Position numbers and translations under genes: made by a program. From the NCBI RefSeq assembly GCF_009914755.1, contig NC_060934.1: a DNA stretch of 64,000 nt; one strand, written 5' to 3'. This DNA comes from the human T2T-CHM13v2.0 reference genome, Homo sapiens. Below, piece after piece: positions 28,850 to 41,493 of this stretch. The notes under the pieces were generated by a model that worked only from the letters and a program-made list of their open reading frames with translations, had not been told where the DNA came from and searched no databases. How positions within the stretch are numbered: the stretch's first letter is position 1; every line of letters starts with the position of its first letter.

Positions 28850-29200
28850 CATAAATATTAGTTTACATAAATGAGTTCTAACTTACACAGACGTTTGTAT
28901 CTTGCCTTACTCTCCGTTAGGTTTTAAGGCTCTTCAGTGTTATTACAAACACTTCATTGATATTATTGTTCACAGTTGCCTAATATTCCATCATATAGTT
29001 ATAACTATAACTTAATTCTCTACTACTGTGTTACTGGGTGTTTGAATTCTTTTCCCAGGTTTTGTTGTTATAAATAGCATCTTTGTTGAACATCTCTTCA
29101 TATAAACTCTTATCTGCAGTGTTTCTTTTTTTTTTTTTTTTTTGGATTGCCTTTTTTTTTTAGGATAGATTCCTAAAGTTGAGATTTCTGGGACAAAACA
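28850..29200 (-). mobile_element. Ancient L1ME-like fragment
   Basis: tgcctaatattccatcata...ttataaatagc...ttgaacatc...taggatagattcctaaagttgagattt. Confidence 0.55.
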
Positions 29201-29334
29201 GTCAGCTTTAAGATCCTGCTATCTATGAGCTCGCTTATTTGCTCCAAATTACTCTTTTTGAGATACTTGATGAAGATACACTTAGTTTGCTGGAATAAGG
29301 AGTCACACCCACCAGGTGTGAGGGAGAGAGATTG

Positions 29335-29550
29335 CTGCTATTGAAGTCAGAATTACCCAGCGTCATAGTTCAGCTCCGCCACTTAACACTTTGAGAGATC
29401 CTGACCAAGTGACCCCACTGAAGCTCGATTTCCTCTCCTGTAAATATAGGAGGTAATATAGGCACAATAATGCTTAGCTATTGTCAAGAAGATAATATGC
29501 ATTAAATGTCCAGTGTCCCTCCGTCAAAACTAGGCACTTGTCTCATGTCC
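29335..29550 (+). mobile_element. MIR SINE
   Basis: cagctccgccactta...tttcctctcctgtaaa...agataatatgc. Confidence 0.6.
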
Positions 29551-32397
29551 ATTATTCTTCTTCCTTCTCTTCACAGCCTTCAACTCCATCATAAATATGC
29601 ACCTTTGGCTTCTGAGTCCTGTATATGTCTGACTCCTAGGATGTGAGTCACCGATCTGGCAGCATGACTAGGTGACATTATGATGCTGTGGACAGCAATG
29701 GGCCTGCAACCTGAAGCTCAGGATCCAGGCCCACCCCTCATTAGCCTGTGATCTCAGGAAACCCCTCAACACATTTTGAGTCTGGCCCTCATTAAAAATG
29801 GAGGCAAGGAGGCTATTTTACATCAGCCCAGGGGTAGGGGTCAGGCAAGAGGCTGGATGTAGCAACGCGCAATGTACTGCCATGGTCTCTATAAACATCA
29901 GTTAGTTTTATTGTCAGCAACTTGCTTTAAATATACTGGGGCTTGCTTCTGTGAACTAACTCATTTCATTTTCTCCTACTAGATTATAGGCCCATAGACT
30001 GACTGGGTAAGCCTCGAATCACTACATACTATAGTAATTACTAATTACATGTTTCTGCCTTCTGTGGCTTATTAGTAAATTGCATGTAGATGGATCTAAA
30101 AGTAATTGCCCTTCTTTCATAACTTCAGCAGCCTGCAGAAATCACAAAGAATTACCTTATTTACTTCCTAAGTGATTCCCAGTGGTCATTTATCAAATAT
30201 ACAGAAGAAAAAAATCATACAATCATCAAATATTCTTCTGCTTACTAATGATAGAGAGGGTCACAAGAAATCTTGAATGGAAAAGGCTGTTAAACAGCTG
30301 CCGACTAACTGTATGTAAATATCCCCCTGTGGGTAATAGCTTAATTTTGATCATTGTTCAAAAGACCAAGCACTTTAAATTATTAATAGGTGTCAGCTAC
30401 AAAAGAATGTTTAACTGGAAACTTACAAGAAGAGAGCTTGATCCGTACAAATGACGTGGTGTCTTTCACCCCCCTGGTGTGTGGGAAAGAAAGAGGGGTG
30501 GAAAGAAAAGGATAAAAAGCACGATAGGCCAAAAGTCTGCCTCATTTTTTCCCAGAGTGGGGTTTTGTGGCTTGTGGGTGTATTGCTTTACCACCTTGGA
30601 AACTGGGCTGGGCTACTTTCATTTATTAGGTTGGCTATACATAGGTTTCCTCTCTTTAAGCAAAGTTGACTCCAACTAAGCCAAAAACTGGAAGCCACTG
30701 AGATTACCAGGTTGTAATACAAGCCTTTATACTTTTGCTGTGATAAAAACTTCTTCACATCCAAACACATGGCATAGACACTTTTCATTGTGAACAGCGC
30801 TGATGTGATTCTGCTCAAATAAACTGAAGATCCCATTTCAAATGATTCATTTGATAGAAACATCAGGATCACTGATACGTGGATTGACCTCTGTGATCCT
30901 TTCCCTAAAAACACATACAGTGGATCATGGGATTGTTGAGTTAATAAGAAAGAAGAAATGGCTTGTTTTTCTGTTTCCTTTTCTTGGTTTTTATGGCAGT
31001 ATGGACTTCTGGCATTTTGGGTAAGCCATGAGTATTAGAAATGAAAACGAAGGAAGAGGTAGGGCATGAAGGATTAAGGAAAAGGTTCAGGTGTGTATAT
31101 TATGATCTGCCATGATAAGAAACTCCTTCCTGGTTCTCCTTCCTCCTTCTGTATGCACACCCTCCCTGTCCAGACCTGTAGGATGAAGAGTTAACATGCC
31201 CAAGCAGCAACACCACTGAGCACTGAGGAAGCTTTCAGACACGGGAAGGGGCGGGGGGCCACCTCCATCCTTGCCACATTGCCGTTACATTTCTGATGTA
31301 GGACAGAAATCATAAGAATGTTGCTAATCAGAGATGCAAACTGCTGATGACAGAACCAGAGCTGGAGCCCAGTAAACAAAGTCCATGGGGATTTTTAACT
31401 AGGATTTGTGCTCTGGCCATGTGGGATGGGGTTGGGGGATGTTGCAGGAATAGGTGCCTTGATTGTCCTGAGGCTGTGATAAGAGTCTGGGACAGCCTCA
31501 CTGGGGCACAAGGCCAAGGCTGTCACCATTCTGGGGGTCCCTTCCCTGCCCTCTCTTGGGCTGTCCTCTCCTCCTGGCTGTGCCGACTCCTATCCCACCA
31601 TAAATGCATTCATCCTTTGGCTGCCCAACTCCTCTGACCACCCAGGTTGTGAGCCCCATCATCCACAGGGTACTGCTGACAGGATCGAGGTCCCTTGAGC
31701 CCAGGCTGAGGTCATAAGTACCATACTGAAAGCTTGCTGTGGTTGTTTTGTAGGTCAATTGAGGCTCCTCCAAAGAGACATAACACTCCTTAGAGAAGGA
31801 GAAAGACCACCAACTTTGCACCCTCCTCTGTGCCAGGCCTTGGGCTAGGCCCAGGGAGCTCATAGTCTACTGCTGAAGACAGATGGGTCAGCAACCATGG
31901 CACACAGTGCAATGAGGCTAAAGCAAGTGTCAGAACCAGGGTCAGAGGAGACATTGAAGCTGAGTGACCACTCAGGACACAGGGACAGCTTCTGGAGAGA
32001 GAGAATGTCTGGATTACATTTTGAGGGATGAAGAAGAGCTTGTCAAGCAGGCAGAAGGGGTCTCCATAGAGCAGGTGTCTTTGTTCCTTGGTGGCTTTTT
32101 CCTTCTCTTCCTTAACACACACACACAAGGAGATTGCCTAGAACAACTTTGGGCAGCACATTGCAATTTCTTATTTGGGTCCAACTGGCTACATCAGGCA
32201 GCTTCAGAAGCCTCTAGCCACATTATGTGAGCCCCCTTATCATCTTCTGCTGATTGCCTCCTAGAAATGAGGCAACTGAAACCAGAACTGACCAAGTCGC
32301 CGCACCTGTTTGCTTGTAATACTTGAACGGTTGTCAGAAACCAATAATAATAAGAGCCAGCATTTTTAGAGCCTTACTATATGGCAAGCATGGTGCC

Positions 32398-32741
32398 AGT
32401 ATTAGTCTGTTTTCACACTGCTGATAAAGACATACCCGAGACTGGGAAATTTACAAAAGAGAGAGGTTTAATGGACTTACAGTTCCATGTGGCTGGGGAG
32501 GCCTCACAATCATGGTGGAAGGTGAAATGCATGTCTCACATGGCAGGAGACAAGAGAAGAGAGCTTGCACAAGGAAACTCGCCTTTATAAAACCATCAGA
32601 TCTCATGAGACTTATTCACTATCACGAGAATAGCATGGGAAAGACCTGCTCCCATGATTCAGTCACCTCCCACCTGGCCCCTCCCACAACACAAGGGAAT
32701 TCAAGGTGAGATTTGGGTGGGGACACAGCCAAACCATATCA
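32398..32741 (-). mobile_element. THE1 (B/C-like) solo LTR inserted in a MIR
   Basis: Ends ggggacacagccaaaccatatca; 5-bp TSD gtgcc/gcgcc (32393-32397, 32742-32746); minus-strand MIR halves on both sides (~32340-32397, ~32750-32920). Confidence 0.93.
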
Positions 32742-33567
32742 GCGCCTCAACTCACATTATCATAAGACTGATTTGGATGCTATTAATATTCCCAACTTAC
32801 AGATGAGAATAGCAATACTTAGCAAAATTAGACAATTGGCCCAAGGTTGCACAGCTAGTAACCAAGCAGAGCCAGGATCAAATACTGTTTTTTCTGATGT
32901 TCACAATTAAGCTCTTGGCCTTGGAATTCCTGACATAAGTTTAGGTGTTTGGTGGCCATTCGGATGCCTTATTTATGAGCCACTGTTTGTATAGGGCTTT
33001 TTATTCTCAGGAGGGTGAACGGTACACAGATGAAAGACATTATTTCTAGGGGAACTTCATTCATTCAAGTAACCTCCAGTATGGGCTAGCTTAGTGCTGG
33101 GCACTGCCCTAGGAGCTGGGTTATGAGGAGAAGAGCAGGTGTTTCTGCCCCCAGAAGCTGAGTCCCAGACAGAGAGACATATCACGATGATGCAGTATGT
33201 GGTTTGGCCATTTAAGCGTTTCACAGGAGAGGGGAAGATCCCTGGTTCCTGTTGCAGGGAGTCAGGGTGGAGTTCTCAGGAAAGATTCACCTTGAAGGAT
33301 AAGTGGATGAACAAGATGGGCCAGAACTCTAGCAAAGGCATAAATCCATGAAATCAAGGTTCTACACAGCCAGGGAAAAAGAGATGCCAGGGATATGGGG
33401 GAGGCTGGAGCTAAAAGATAGGCTATGGCCAAGAAAGCCTCGTGAAGAAAAGTGGGGTTTTATTTTGTGACTGCATAAGGGCTATTGCTGAGCTTTTCTT
33501 AGCCGAGACATATTAGCACCATCCAATTCAGGCTTTTTTGTTTGTTGGCTTGTTTGACTTTTCCAGG

Positions 33568-33730
33568 GCAGAGGTTCCCAAACTTTAGCCTGCACCAGAA
33601 TCAGCTAGAAACCCCCAACCCCAGCAACTCTGATTCAGTGTGTCTGGGGTGGGGCCAGAGAATTCTCATTCCTACAGAGTCCCCAGGTGCTGCTGGTACC
33701 ACTGGTCTGTGGCCACTCTTGGAGAATACT
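33568..33730. mobile_element. MER5A hAT-Charlie relic
   Basis: cagaggttcccaaacttt...ctgattcagtgtgtctggggtggggccagagaatt...ccccaggtg. Confidence 0.8.
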
Positions 33731-33754
33731 ACATGGAATTCCCACTCCGCTTAC

Positions 33755-34140
33755 CAGTGATGAGATTAGGATGGGCACATGCAATGAGGGAAGTCTGCTG
33801 CAGGCTTCTGGAAAGGATCTCTCAGTATTAAAGAAGAGAACCCAGGAGGAGATGGTGCTTTCTCCCCGCTGGAGATTTTCATGTCTGATATGATACCTGG
33901 AACTGCTAAAGCCATCTTGCAGCTGTGAGGGGAACAAGCAGGACTAAGTCAGCTCACTGAGCAAAAAATCTGGAAAGCACCTGGATCCTTGATGGTGGCA
34001 TAGAGACATGAAATCAGCCAACCCTGCAAACCCCAGCCCACGGACTTAGCATGGGAGGCAATGACTGTGCCTTATTGTTCAAGCCCATTCAGAACTTGTT
34101 TTCTGCTGCTTGTAGCTGAAGCCATCCTCATAGGCACAAT
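33755..34140 (+). mobile_element. Old MLT1 (J/K/L-like) LTR
   Basis: ggaagtctgctgcaggcttctggaaag...ctggaactgctaaagccatcttg...ttgtagctgaagccatcct. Confidence 0.65.
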
Positions 34141-34306
34141 ATACACTCTACGGTTTGCTTTATTGCTGCTTAACCACTGCTGCTTTGTTCTGTGTCCTCT
34201 TCTTTCTTTTCACCCCTTTCTTGGTCTTTCAAACATCTCTGCCTCCCAGTGGCTATTTACAGGCTGCTGGCACTACATCTATCTATCTGACCTGGGCCTC
34301 TCTCCT

Positions 34307-34662
34307 TGATATGGTGTGGCTGTGTCCCCATCCAAATCTCACCTTGAAGTTTAATAATCCCCACATGTCAAGGAGGGAGCCAGGTGGAGATAATTGAATC
34401 ATGGGGATGGTTTCCCCCATACTGTTCTCATGATAGTGAACAAGTCTCATGAGATCTGATGTTTTATAAATGGGAGTTCCCCTGCACAAGCTCTCTCTTG
34501 CCTGCTGCCATGTAAGATGTGTCTTGCTTCCCCTTCACCTTCTGCCATGATTGAGAGGCCTCCCCAGTCATGTGGAACTGTGAGTCAATTAAACCTCTTT
34601 CCTTTATAAATTACCCAGTCCTGGGCATGTCTTTATTAGCAGCATCAGAACAAACTAATACT
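34307..34662 (+). mobile_element. THE1 (C-like) solo LTR inserted in L2
   Basis: Starts tgatatggtgtggctgtgtcccc and ends aactaatact; perfect TSD ctcct (34302-34306, 34663-34667). Confidence 0.93.
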
Positions 34663-35489
34663 CTCCTCCACTTATCCAAGTGTCCACTGGACAACTCCAC
34701 TGATGTAGCTGCCAGCACCACTCATACTATATATACAGAGTTGAGCTCACCTCTATGGAAAGTTCTCTTCCCTCTCTGCTCCCTATTTCTGTGAACTTCT
34801 CCATTCCCCTTTACCCAAGGTGGACATTTGGGGGTCATCTTTGTTTCCTTTCTCAGTTTCCATAGCTAATCCTTTGACAAGTCTAACTGCCCCTGTCTCT
34901 AACACAGGGATCTTCCACATGGTGCTCAGTTCATGCCATGGCCAGTATTCCGGTTTGCTTCTCTTTTCCCTCACTTTGAACCTTGTGATGATGGCCTCTT
35001 ATCTGGTTTTCCCACTTAAGACCCTCTCCACCTTCTAGCTGTCCTCCATCCTTGCACAAGAGTGGTCTCTCTAGAACATGATTTGCAAAACATGACCCCT
35101 GTGCTGGGAAGCAATTTGTGTTATAATGAGCCCTCGAGGTGTGTCTGAGATCACTGAAGTTTGAGAACCATGAGTTCAGATTGCTCTGGTTTTCCCCCAG
35201 GCATCCTCTTCCCTGATGTGCAGAGCCCTTAATATCTCATCTAAATCAGGTTTTATTTATAAGAGAGAAAGGGAAAATGGCTCTTCTGTAGACAACCACA
35301 AGCATCAACTTTGGCACCATTGGTAAAAACATTAGCGAAAGATGGGCATGGAAGAAGCATATCGTGGATGCCAGTAGTTTTTAAATCATTCACCAGAGAT
35401 TTATGGAATAACTACTCTATGTCAGATACCTTACAAGCACTGAGGTGCTCTTCTATGTTTTTTTGTTTGTTTTTTGTTTTTGTTTTTGC

Positions 35490-36007
35490 AACTCAGCATT
35501 TATTGTCTTTCTTTCAGCAGCAGTCCCCAAATGATCCTCTGGAAACCTGCCATACTCAGTTCAAGTGGAGCTGGCCCTTACCCCAGCTCCAGGAGTGGAC
35601 ATGTGACTCTTCCTGGCCAATCAGAGCTTAGCGCTGCCTTGCAAGAGTGCTTGGTTTAGGAGAAGGCATGTGACCCAAGCCAAGGCTCCAATCAGTGCTA
35701 ACCCTGGAACTTTCACTTACAGGCTCTGGAAGGAGGTTTTTCTTTCGTGCTCTACAGCAGTGAAGAATATAAGCCTAGGGCTTCTTAGAGGCCAAAGATG
35801 CTCTCTAAGAATAAAGCCAAGGAGAACAGATAAATAGGATGAATGATCGGTTGCTGATGCTGATGTGTGCATCCCTGAACAAGACAATTTCTGAAGATTG
35901 GTCTGTCCTCAGACTTTTCAGTTATGAGAGCCAATTAATTACCTGTTTTGCTTTAGCTAGTTTGCGTTTGGTTCTCTATCACTGCAAATAAAAGAATCCA
36001 AATACAC
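35490..36007 (+). mobile_element. Old MLT1 (K-like) LTR
   Basis: catgtgactc..ctggccaatcagag...gacttttcagttatgagagccaat...tcactgcaaataaaagaatcc. Confidence 0.65.
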
Positions 36008-36057
36008 TAGCCAGAAGGGCCGCAGCCCAGAGTAGAATGAGATCTGGAGAAAATGAA

Positions 36058-36401
36058 TTTTATTTTATTTTATCTTATTTATTTATTTGTCTTTTATTTT
36101 ATTTTTTTTTGTGGGGGGTACAGAATCTTGCTCTGCCACCAAGGCTGGAGGTGCAGTGGTGCAATCTTGGCTCACTGCAAGCTCCACCTCCTGGGTTCAC
36201 ACCATTCTCCTGCCTCAGCCTGCCCAGTAGCTGGGACTGCAGGTGCCCACCACCACGCCCAGCTAATTTTTTTTGTATTTTTTAGCAGAGACAGGGTTTC
36301 ACCATGTTAGCCAGGATGGTCTCGATCTCCTGACCTCGTGATCTGCCAGCCTCAGCCTCCCAAAGTGCTGGGATTACAGCTGTGAGCCACCGTGCCTGGC
36401 A
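36058..36401 (-). mobile_element. AluY/Sc-like element inserted at the tail of an AluJ
   Basis: gcaagctcc, ggttcacaccattctcc and gttagccaggatggtctcgatctcctgacctcgtgatc diagnostics; (TTTA)-type tail. Confidence 0.9.
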
Positions 36402-36698
36402 TATTTTATTTATTTTTGAGACAGTGTCTTGCTTTGTTGCCCAGGCTAGAGTGCAGTGGCACAGTCATGGCTCACTGCAGCCTGACCTCCTGGGCTCAAG
36501 CAATCGTCTCACCTCAGCCTCCCCAGTAGCTGGGACTACCAGCGCACACCACCACACTGAGCCAATCTTTTGTACTTTTTGTAGAGATGGGGTCTCACTA
36601 TGTTGGCCAAGCTGGTCTTGAACTACTGGGCTCAAATGATCCACCAGCATCGGCCCCTCAAAATGCTGGCATTACAGGCATGACCACTGCTCCCAGCC
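36402..36698 (-). mobile_element. AluJ
   Basis: catggctcactgcagcctgacctcctgggctcaagcaatc...ctgggctcaaatgatcc. Confidence 0.9.
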
Positions 36699-39009
36699 AG
36701 AAATAATGTTTAAATTTATACTCAGAGCAAGAAGGATGAAGAAGAAATTAACCTGCTTTTCTAGATCAATAAGATAATGCAATCGCGATGATGGAAATGA
36801 CCTTTGTCTTTCCAGTCCAGATGATACCGTTTGAACTGAAAGGAGAGCTCAGGATTCTGGAGAGGTAAGAGGCACCCAACTGACAGCCTGATGTTAATTC
36901 GAGACCTCCATCCACTGGGCAAAAGGAGAGCTTGAACATGGAGTCACTCATCCTTGGCTGGAGATGTTGAAGGAGTTGTGAAATGAGAGAGAAAGGAAGA
37001 CACTGAGTATCACGATGCAGGCCCATGAATTCTCTTTCCTCCGAACCCTGGCTGCTGGCCCAGTGCCAGGTAGAGAGCAGGTCCCTGAAAAATTTTGAGG
37101 GATGAATGGAGATGAGCCAACCTATTCTAGATTTCTAAAATGACATGAGGGCAACACTTAAACAGCTATGTCAGATGTTGTTCCTGAGCAATCACACAGC
37201 AATTAAAGGAATGGTTTTGCATTGTCCATGACCTTCTATTGGTTTCTAGCAATCACAGTCTCCATGTAAAGACTAATCCTGGTGCAGAAATCTGATTTTC
37301 TCTTCCTTCCTTATTCCTTTTGTTCTTTCTTCCTTTCTTCCTTTTTTTGCACATGCACGAGTGTGTGTGTGTGTGTGGTGTAACTATCACATAAAGCAGG
37401 AAAATGAAATTGGGCACAGACAATTTGGATTTCAAGAAGGTATATAGTAAAGTTTTTATGATATCCTTTTGGGTAACATGAAAAATTCTAGCTAAGGTAA
37501 TAATACATTCAGGAAGGTGGACTTATAACCACTTCAAGAATCGTACTCAGGGCTTGCTGATTAATTCATTCCTGTTCAGCTTGTCAGTTCAGGAGCTCTC
37601 CAGGGGCCTGAGAAAAGGCTTTGTCCTTGACTCTCTCCTGTTAAAACAAATTTTACAAATACTTGAATGAAGGCATAGAAAGCTCCTTATCAAATCTGTG
37701 AATGCCACTGAACTAGGAGAGGACAACAAACCAGGCGGATGGGAGAATTCCAATCCCAAAGCCCTCAGTGGGCTGTGGTGATGCAACAAAACTTATAAGG
37801 AAAAAAAAAAAGACATAATGGGGAAAAGTGTCTGCAATTGTGTCCAATAACCTTTATTATACAAGCACAGGGTGAGAGAGCTATGTCTTGGGAGCAGCCT
37901 GAGCAGGAGAAGAGAGTTTTGGTCATCAGCTGTTCAGTACCTGCAAACATTGTTCTCTACCTTTTCCTGGGGTGGAAGCAACTTGAGGTTGCATTAACAG
38001 AAGTAGAGAGTGTGGAACAAAGAAGGTCAAAGTTCAATTAAAGGACTTCCTAGTCAGGCCTCACCTGAGTCTTGTATTCAGTTCTCAGTTCTAAGATTGA
38101 GAAGGAAAACTGACAATCTCAAACATACTCAGATATAATTACAAGAGTAGAAGGGAGCTTTGCTGCTCTGCTTGAACAAAATTCAGAAGGTTCACGATTC
38201 CTATTTTCAACTCTTTAAAGGACTGTCAAGTGAAAGGGAGTAAACACAGTGTCTTCTACCCAAGAGTTAAAATTAGCATTAAATCCTCCTTATTTTGTGT
38301 CTTTCCATATTTTGAGCCAAAGAACAACAGTATAGCTGCCCAGAGTTGGAACAACTGCATTGGAAGGAAATGCAGAAGTGAGTTCCCCACAAGCAGAGGT
38401 ATCCCAGCCGATGTTGGACACCAGCTTATAAGAGGTTTTCTCAAGGAGGCTTGAGCATTGGCTGAGTGATGAGAAGTCATGACTATACCAAGATCCCATT
38501 TGCCTCCACACATCTAAGTCTCCATGACAAGCGCATTCCCAGAAGACCCAAGGTGGGAGGGGGAGAGATGACAGTAGGAGGAGGAGACTGTCACAGTGTC
38601 CTGTGCAGCATGGAAGTGGAGGAGGAAGTAGAATGAGACTGGTCCACTGGTCTGGCATCTCAGGGGTCGCTGGTGACCTTTGAGAGAGCAGCAGGGCACT
38701 TTTCATTTCAAGGGATGCCACTCCCACTATCTCTCAAGTCTTCACCATGATACAGAAAACCATTTCCAAAATTAAATCTCCCTTGAGAGCACACATTAAT
38801 AACACACCAAAGGATGCATAAATTACACCTACGAGTCATATTCCATTGCAGATGAATACATTGAATAATGTCACATTCCAGCCACATCAAAAGGCATACC
38901 ATAATTAAGCTACCACAGGTGGCTTGAAGAGCAATGTTGGAAACGCTATGGACACACACAGCAATCTAGATTAACAAAGCCTGAAAAGTCTCCCAATTTG
39001 GAGCTGCAC

Positions 39010-39235
39010 CATTGTAGTGTAGGATTAAAATTGTGGGTACTGGAGTCCTGGATTTTAACCCTGATCCCACCATATACCTGTTTTTAAACCTTGAGCAAGT
39101 TACTCAACCTCACTGAGCCTCAGTTTCCTGATCTGTAAAATGGGAAGCTAACATGGGGTTCTCAGTAGTGTTCATTCAAATAATGTATGCAAAATGCTTT
39201 GCACAAAATAAACACCTAACACAAGTCCACTATAT
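39010..39235 (+). mobile_element. MIR SINE, near complete
   Basis: ccttgagcaagttactcaacctcactgagcctcagtttcctgatctgtaaaatggg. Confidence 0.85.
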
Positions 39236-41154
39236 TCTAGCTCTCACAGGCATGAGTCCGTGTGTTTGACTACAGCTTTATGTCAAAAATCACCCAACTG
39301 CTACTACCTGTTAGCTTCACACTTGTCATATGTTTACTTCAAGTGGGCATTCCCAGTTATTTTTAAGCTGAAATGTGATTGCTGCATTGACATCATGATT
39401 ATAGTGCTCGTGGTTGATTGGGTGAAACTCTCCCACCTAAAGTGAGGGGATTGTCATCTGTTTTGATTCACGCTCTTAGCCTGAGAGGATGACTAATAAT
39501 CAATGTCCCTTGTTCAACAAGTCAATCACTGAGCTATGTCTGGTTCATGATTATTTAGCAAGGCAGTGGCAGCGTGAAGGAAAAACATCAACTTGGATGT
39601 CGGCAGACTAGAATTTAAGTCTTTCATGTCCTCTCACGATGTGACTTTGGACAGTTCTCTCATCCTGACATATGATGACATCATCTGACCCTCATGACAA
39701 CCCTGTAAGACAGGCATTATTAGCAGCCTACTTAGGAGAGTCACATTTTATCAAGCATTCTTTCATCCATCTCTCTGTGCATATATGCATGCAAATTCTG
39801 TAACAAACACGCTGTTTTGCTTATGGACACCTTAATTCACTTTTCCCCTTTTACTTATTTCTGTCTCCCACATCTCTCCTTTCCTCCTACTTTCTGACTT
39901 TGCCTTGCAATACATCTCTCCAAAGCCCAGGCCACCAGTACTAATAACCTGAAGTCTGTCCTCCACATGCCATCCTCAAGGCTCATATATCGTCATATAT
40001 AAATGTACCTCTACTCTTGTTTTTGTGAAATGGGATCATATTTTACACCCTTCTCTGCATTAGAAACCCCTCTCTCCAGGTCAACTGGTGCATATTTTTT
40101 GAATGGTAGCACAGCCTTCCACACTATAGAATAGAGGTTCAGCTGGGATTACACCCACTCCCCTTCTGCTGGGCACTCACCTTGCTATCTCAGCTCCTAC
40201 CCCATGACAGACAATGGTGTAATAAGCATCCCTGAACACACACACACACACTATTCCTTTTGGGTGCTTTGATTCCACAAGCTAGATTTTAATATCTCTA
40301 TTATTCAGAGAGGAAAACCAAGAGATATAGATGTTAGGGGTTTTGTCTAGAATCACACAGCCAGTAAGTGTCAGAAACTGTTCAAATGACTGGGCACTGT
40401 ATTGCATGCAATTTATTCCATCTCACACTCTTCCTCTCCCTCCAACTGTTTACTGATAGAAATAAGTTTCTTTCCACCAAACTGAGTCAAGTCTTCCTCT
40501 GAATCCCCTCATCTCCTGGGCAGAGATGGCCAAGCATGTAGGAGTCAAAGAGTATCCCAGTGACTCTGGATGGAGAGAATTCAACGCGGACAAGCAGGAA
40601 TTCAGTGCAGCTGCCAGTGCTGGCATGTGGCAAGGACTTAGGGAAGTCATGCTAAAAATATTTCATTTGCTCAATAAATAAGTATCGAACACCAACAGTG
40701 CTCCAGGCTAGCGGGGAGCCAACTTTGTTTCAGCCCTCTCTGAAGGTGGCATGAGCAGCCTAGGGCCTAATTCATTTCCATGTAGGGGACCTCAACATCA
40801 GGCTTGGGGTTTCTGAGTGTGCTGTCAAGGGACTTCAAGTTCCCTGTGATTGGTTGGACCAGACTGGCCCCAAAATTCTGTGACCCTGTTCCTGAGCCAA
40901 CTGTCTTCATCGGTGGACTGGGGAAAGGAGAAGTTTACAGGATTGGGCCTAAGGGGTCTTGTATGTCAATCTACCGTCTTACTAATGAGAAAACGAAGGC
41001 AACAAAGGGACTCTTGCATAGTGTTCCAGGGAACTGGTGAGAGGGTGGGGACATGAATCTAGGGCTCCAGGCTTTATTGTTCTTTGTTCTTGATTGTCGT
41101 TATTGCAGTTAATGTGGACCTGCATTCTTTTCCTCTCTACAAATCCTGATGATC

Positions 41155-41493
41155 TCTATGTTCTGAATGTTTGTCTCCCTCCAAAATTCATATGTTGTGA
41201 CTGAATTCCCAGTGTAATCATATTAAGAGGTGGGAACTTTGGGAGGTGATTAGGAGAATGGGATTAGAACCCTTACAAGGAGGCCAGAGGCAGCCTGCTC
41301 CCCACTTCTGCCAGGTGAGGACACATAGAAAGCACCACCTTTGGGGAGGAAAGTGAACCCTCACCACACATCAAATCTGCTGGCGGCTTGACTTCAGACT
41401 TCCCAGTTCCAGAACTGTGAGCAATGCATTTCCATTGTTTATAAATTCCCCAGTCTGAAGGATTTTGTATAGCAGCCTAAACAGACTCAGACA
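41155..41493 (+). mobile_element. MLT1A/MSTD-like MaLR solo LTR
   Basis: tgaatgtttgtctccctccaaaattcatatgttg...gacttcccagttccagaactgtgagcaat...tatagcagcctaaacagactcagaca. Confidence 0.85.

Noticed and set aside
30795-30880. C/D-box snoRNA-like arrangement (tgatgtga ... ctga ... atgatt ... ctga)
   Set aside because: No canonical RTGATGA C box, no convincing terminal stem and no recognisable rRNA guide.
32398-34662. THE1 provirus with two LTRs
   Set aside because: The LTRs are inverted, have different TSDs, and the interval holds MIR/MER5A/MLT1/L2 rather than THE1-int.
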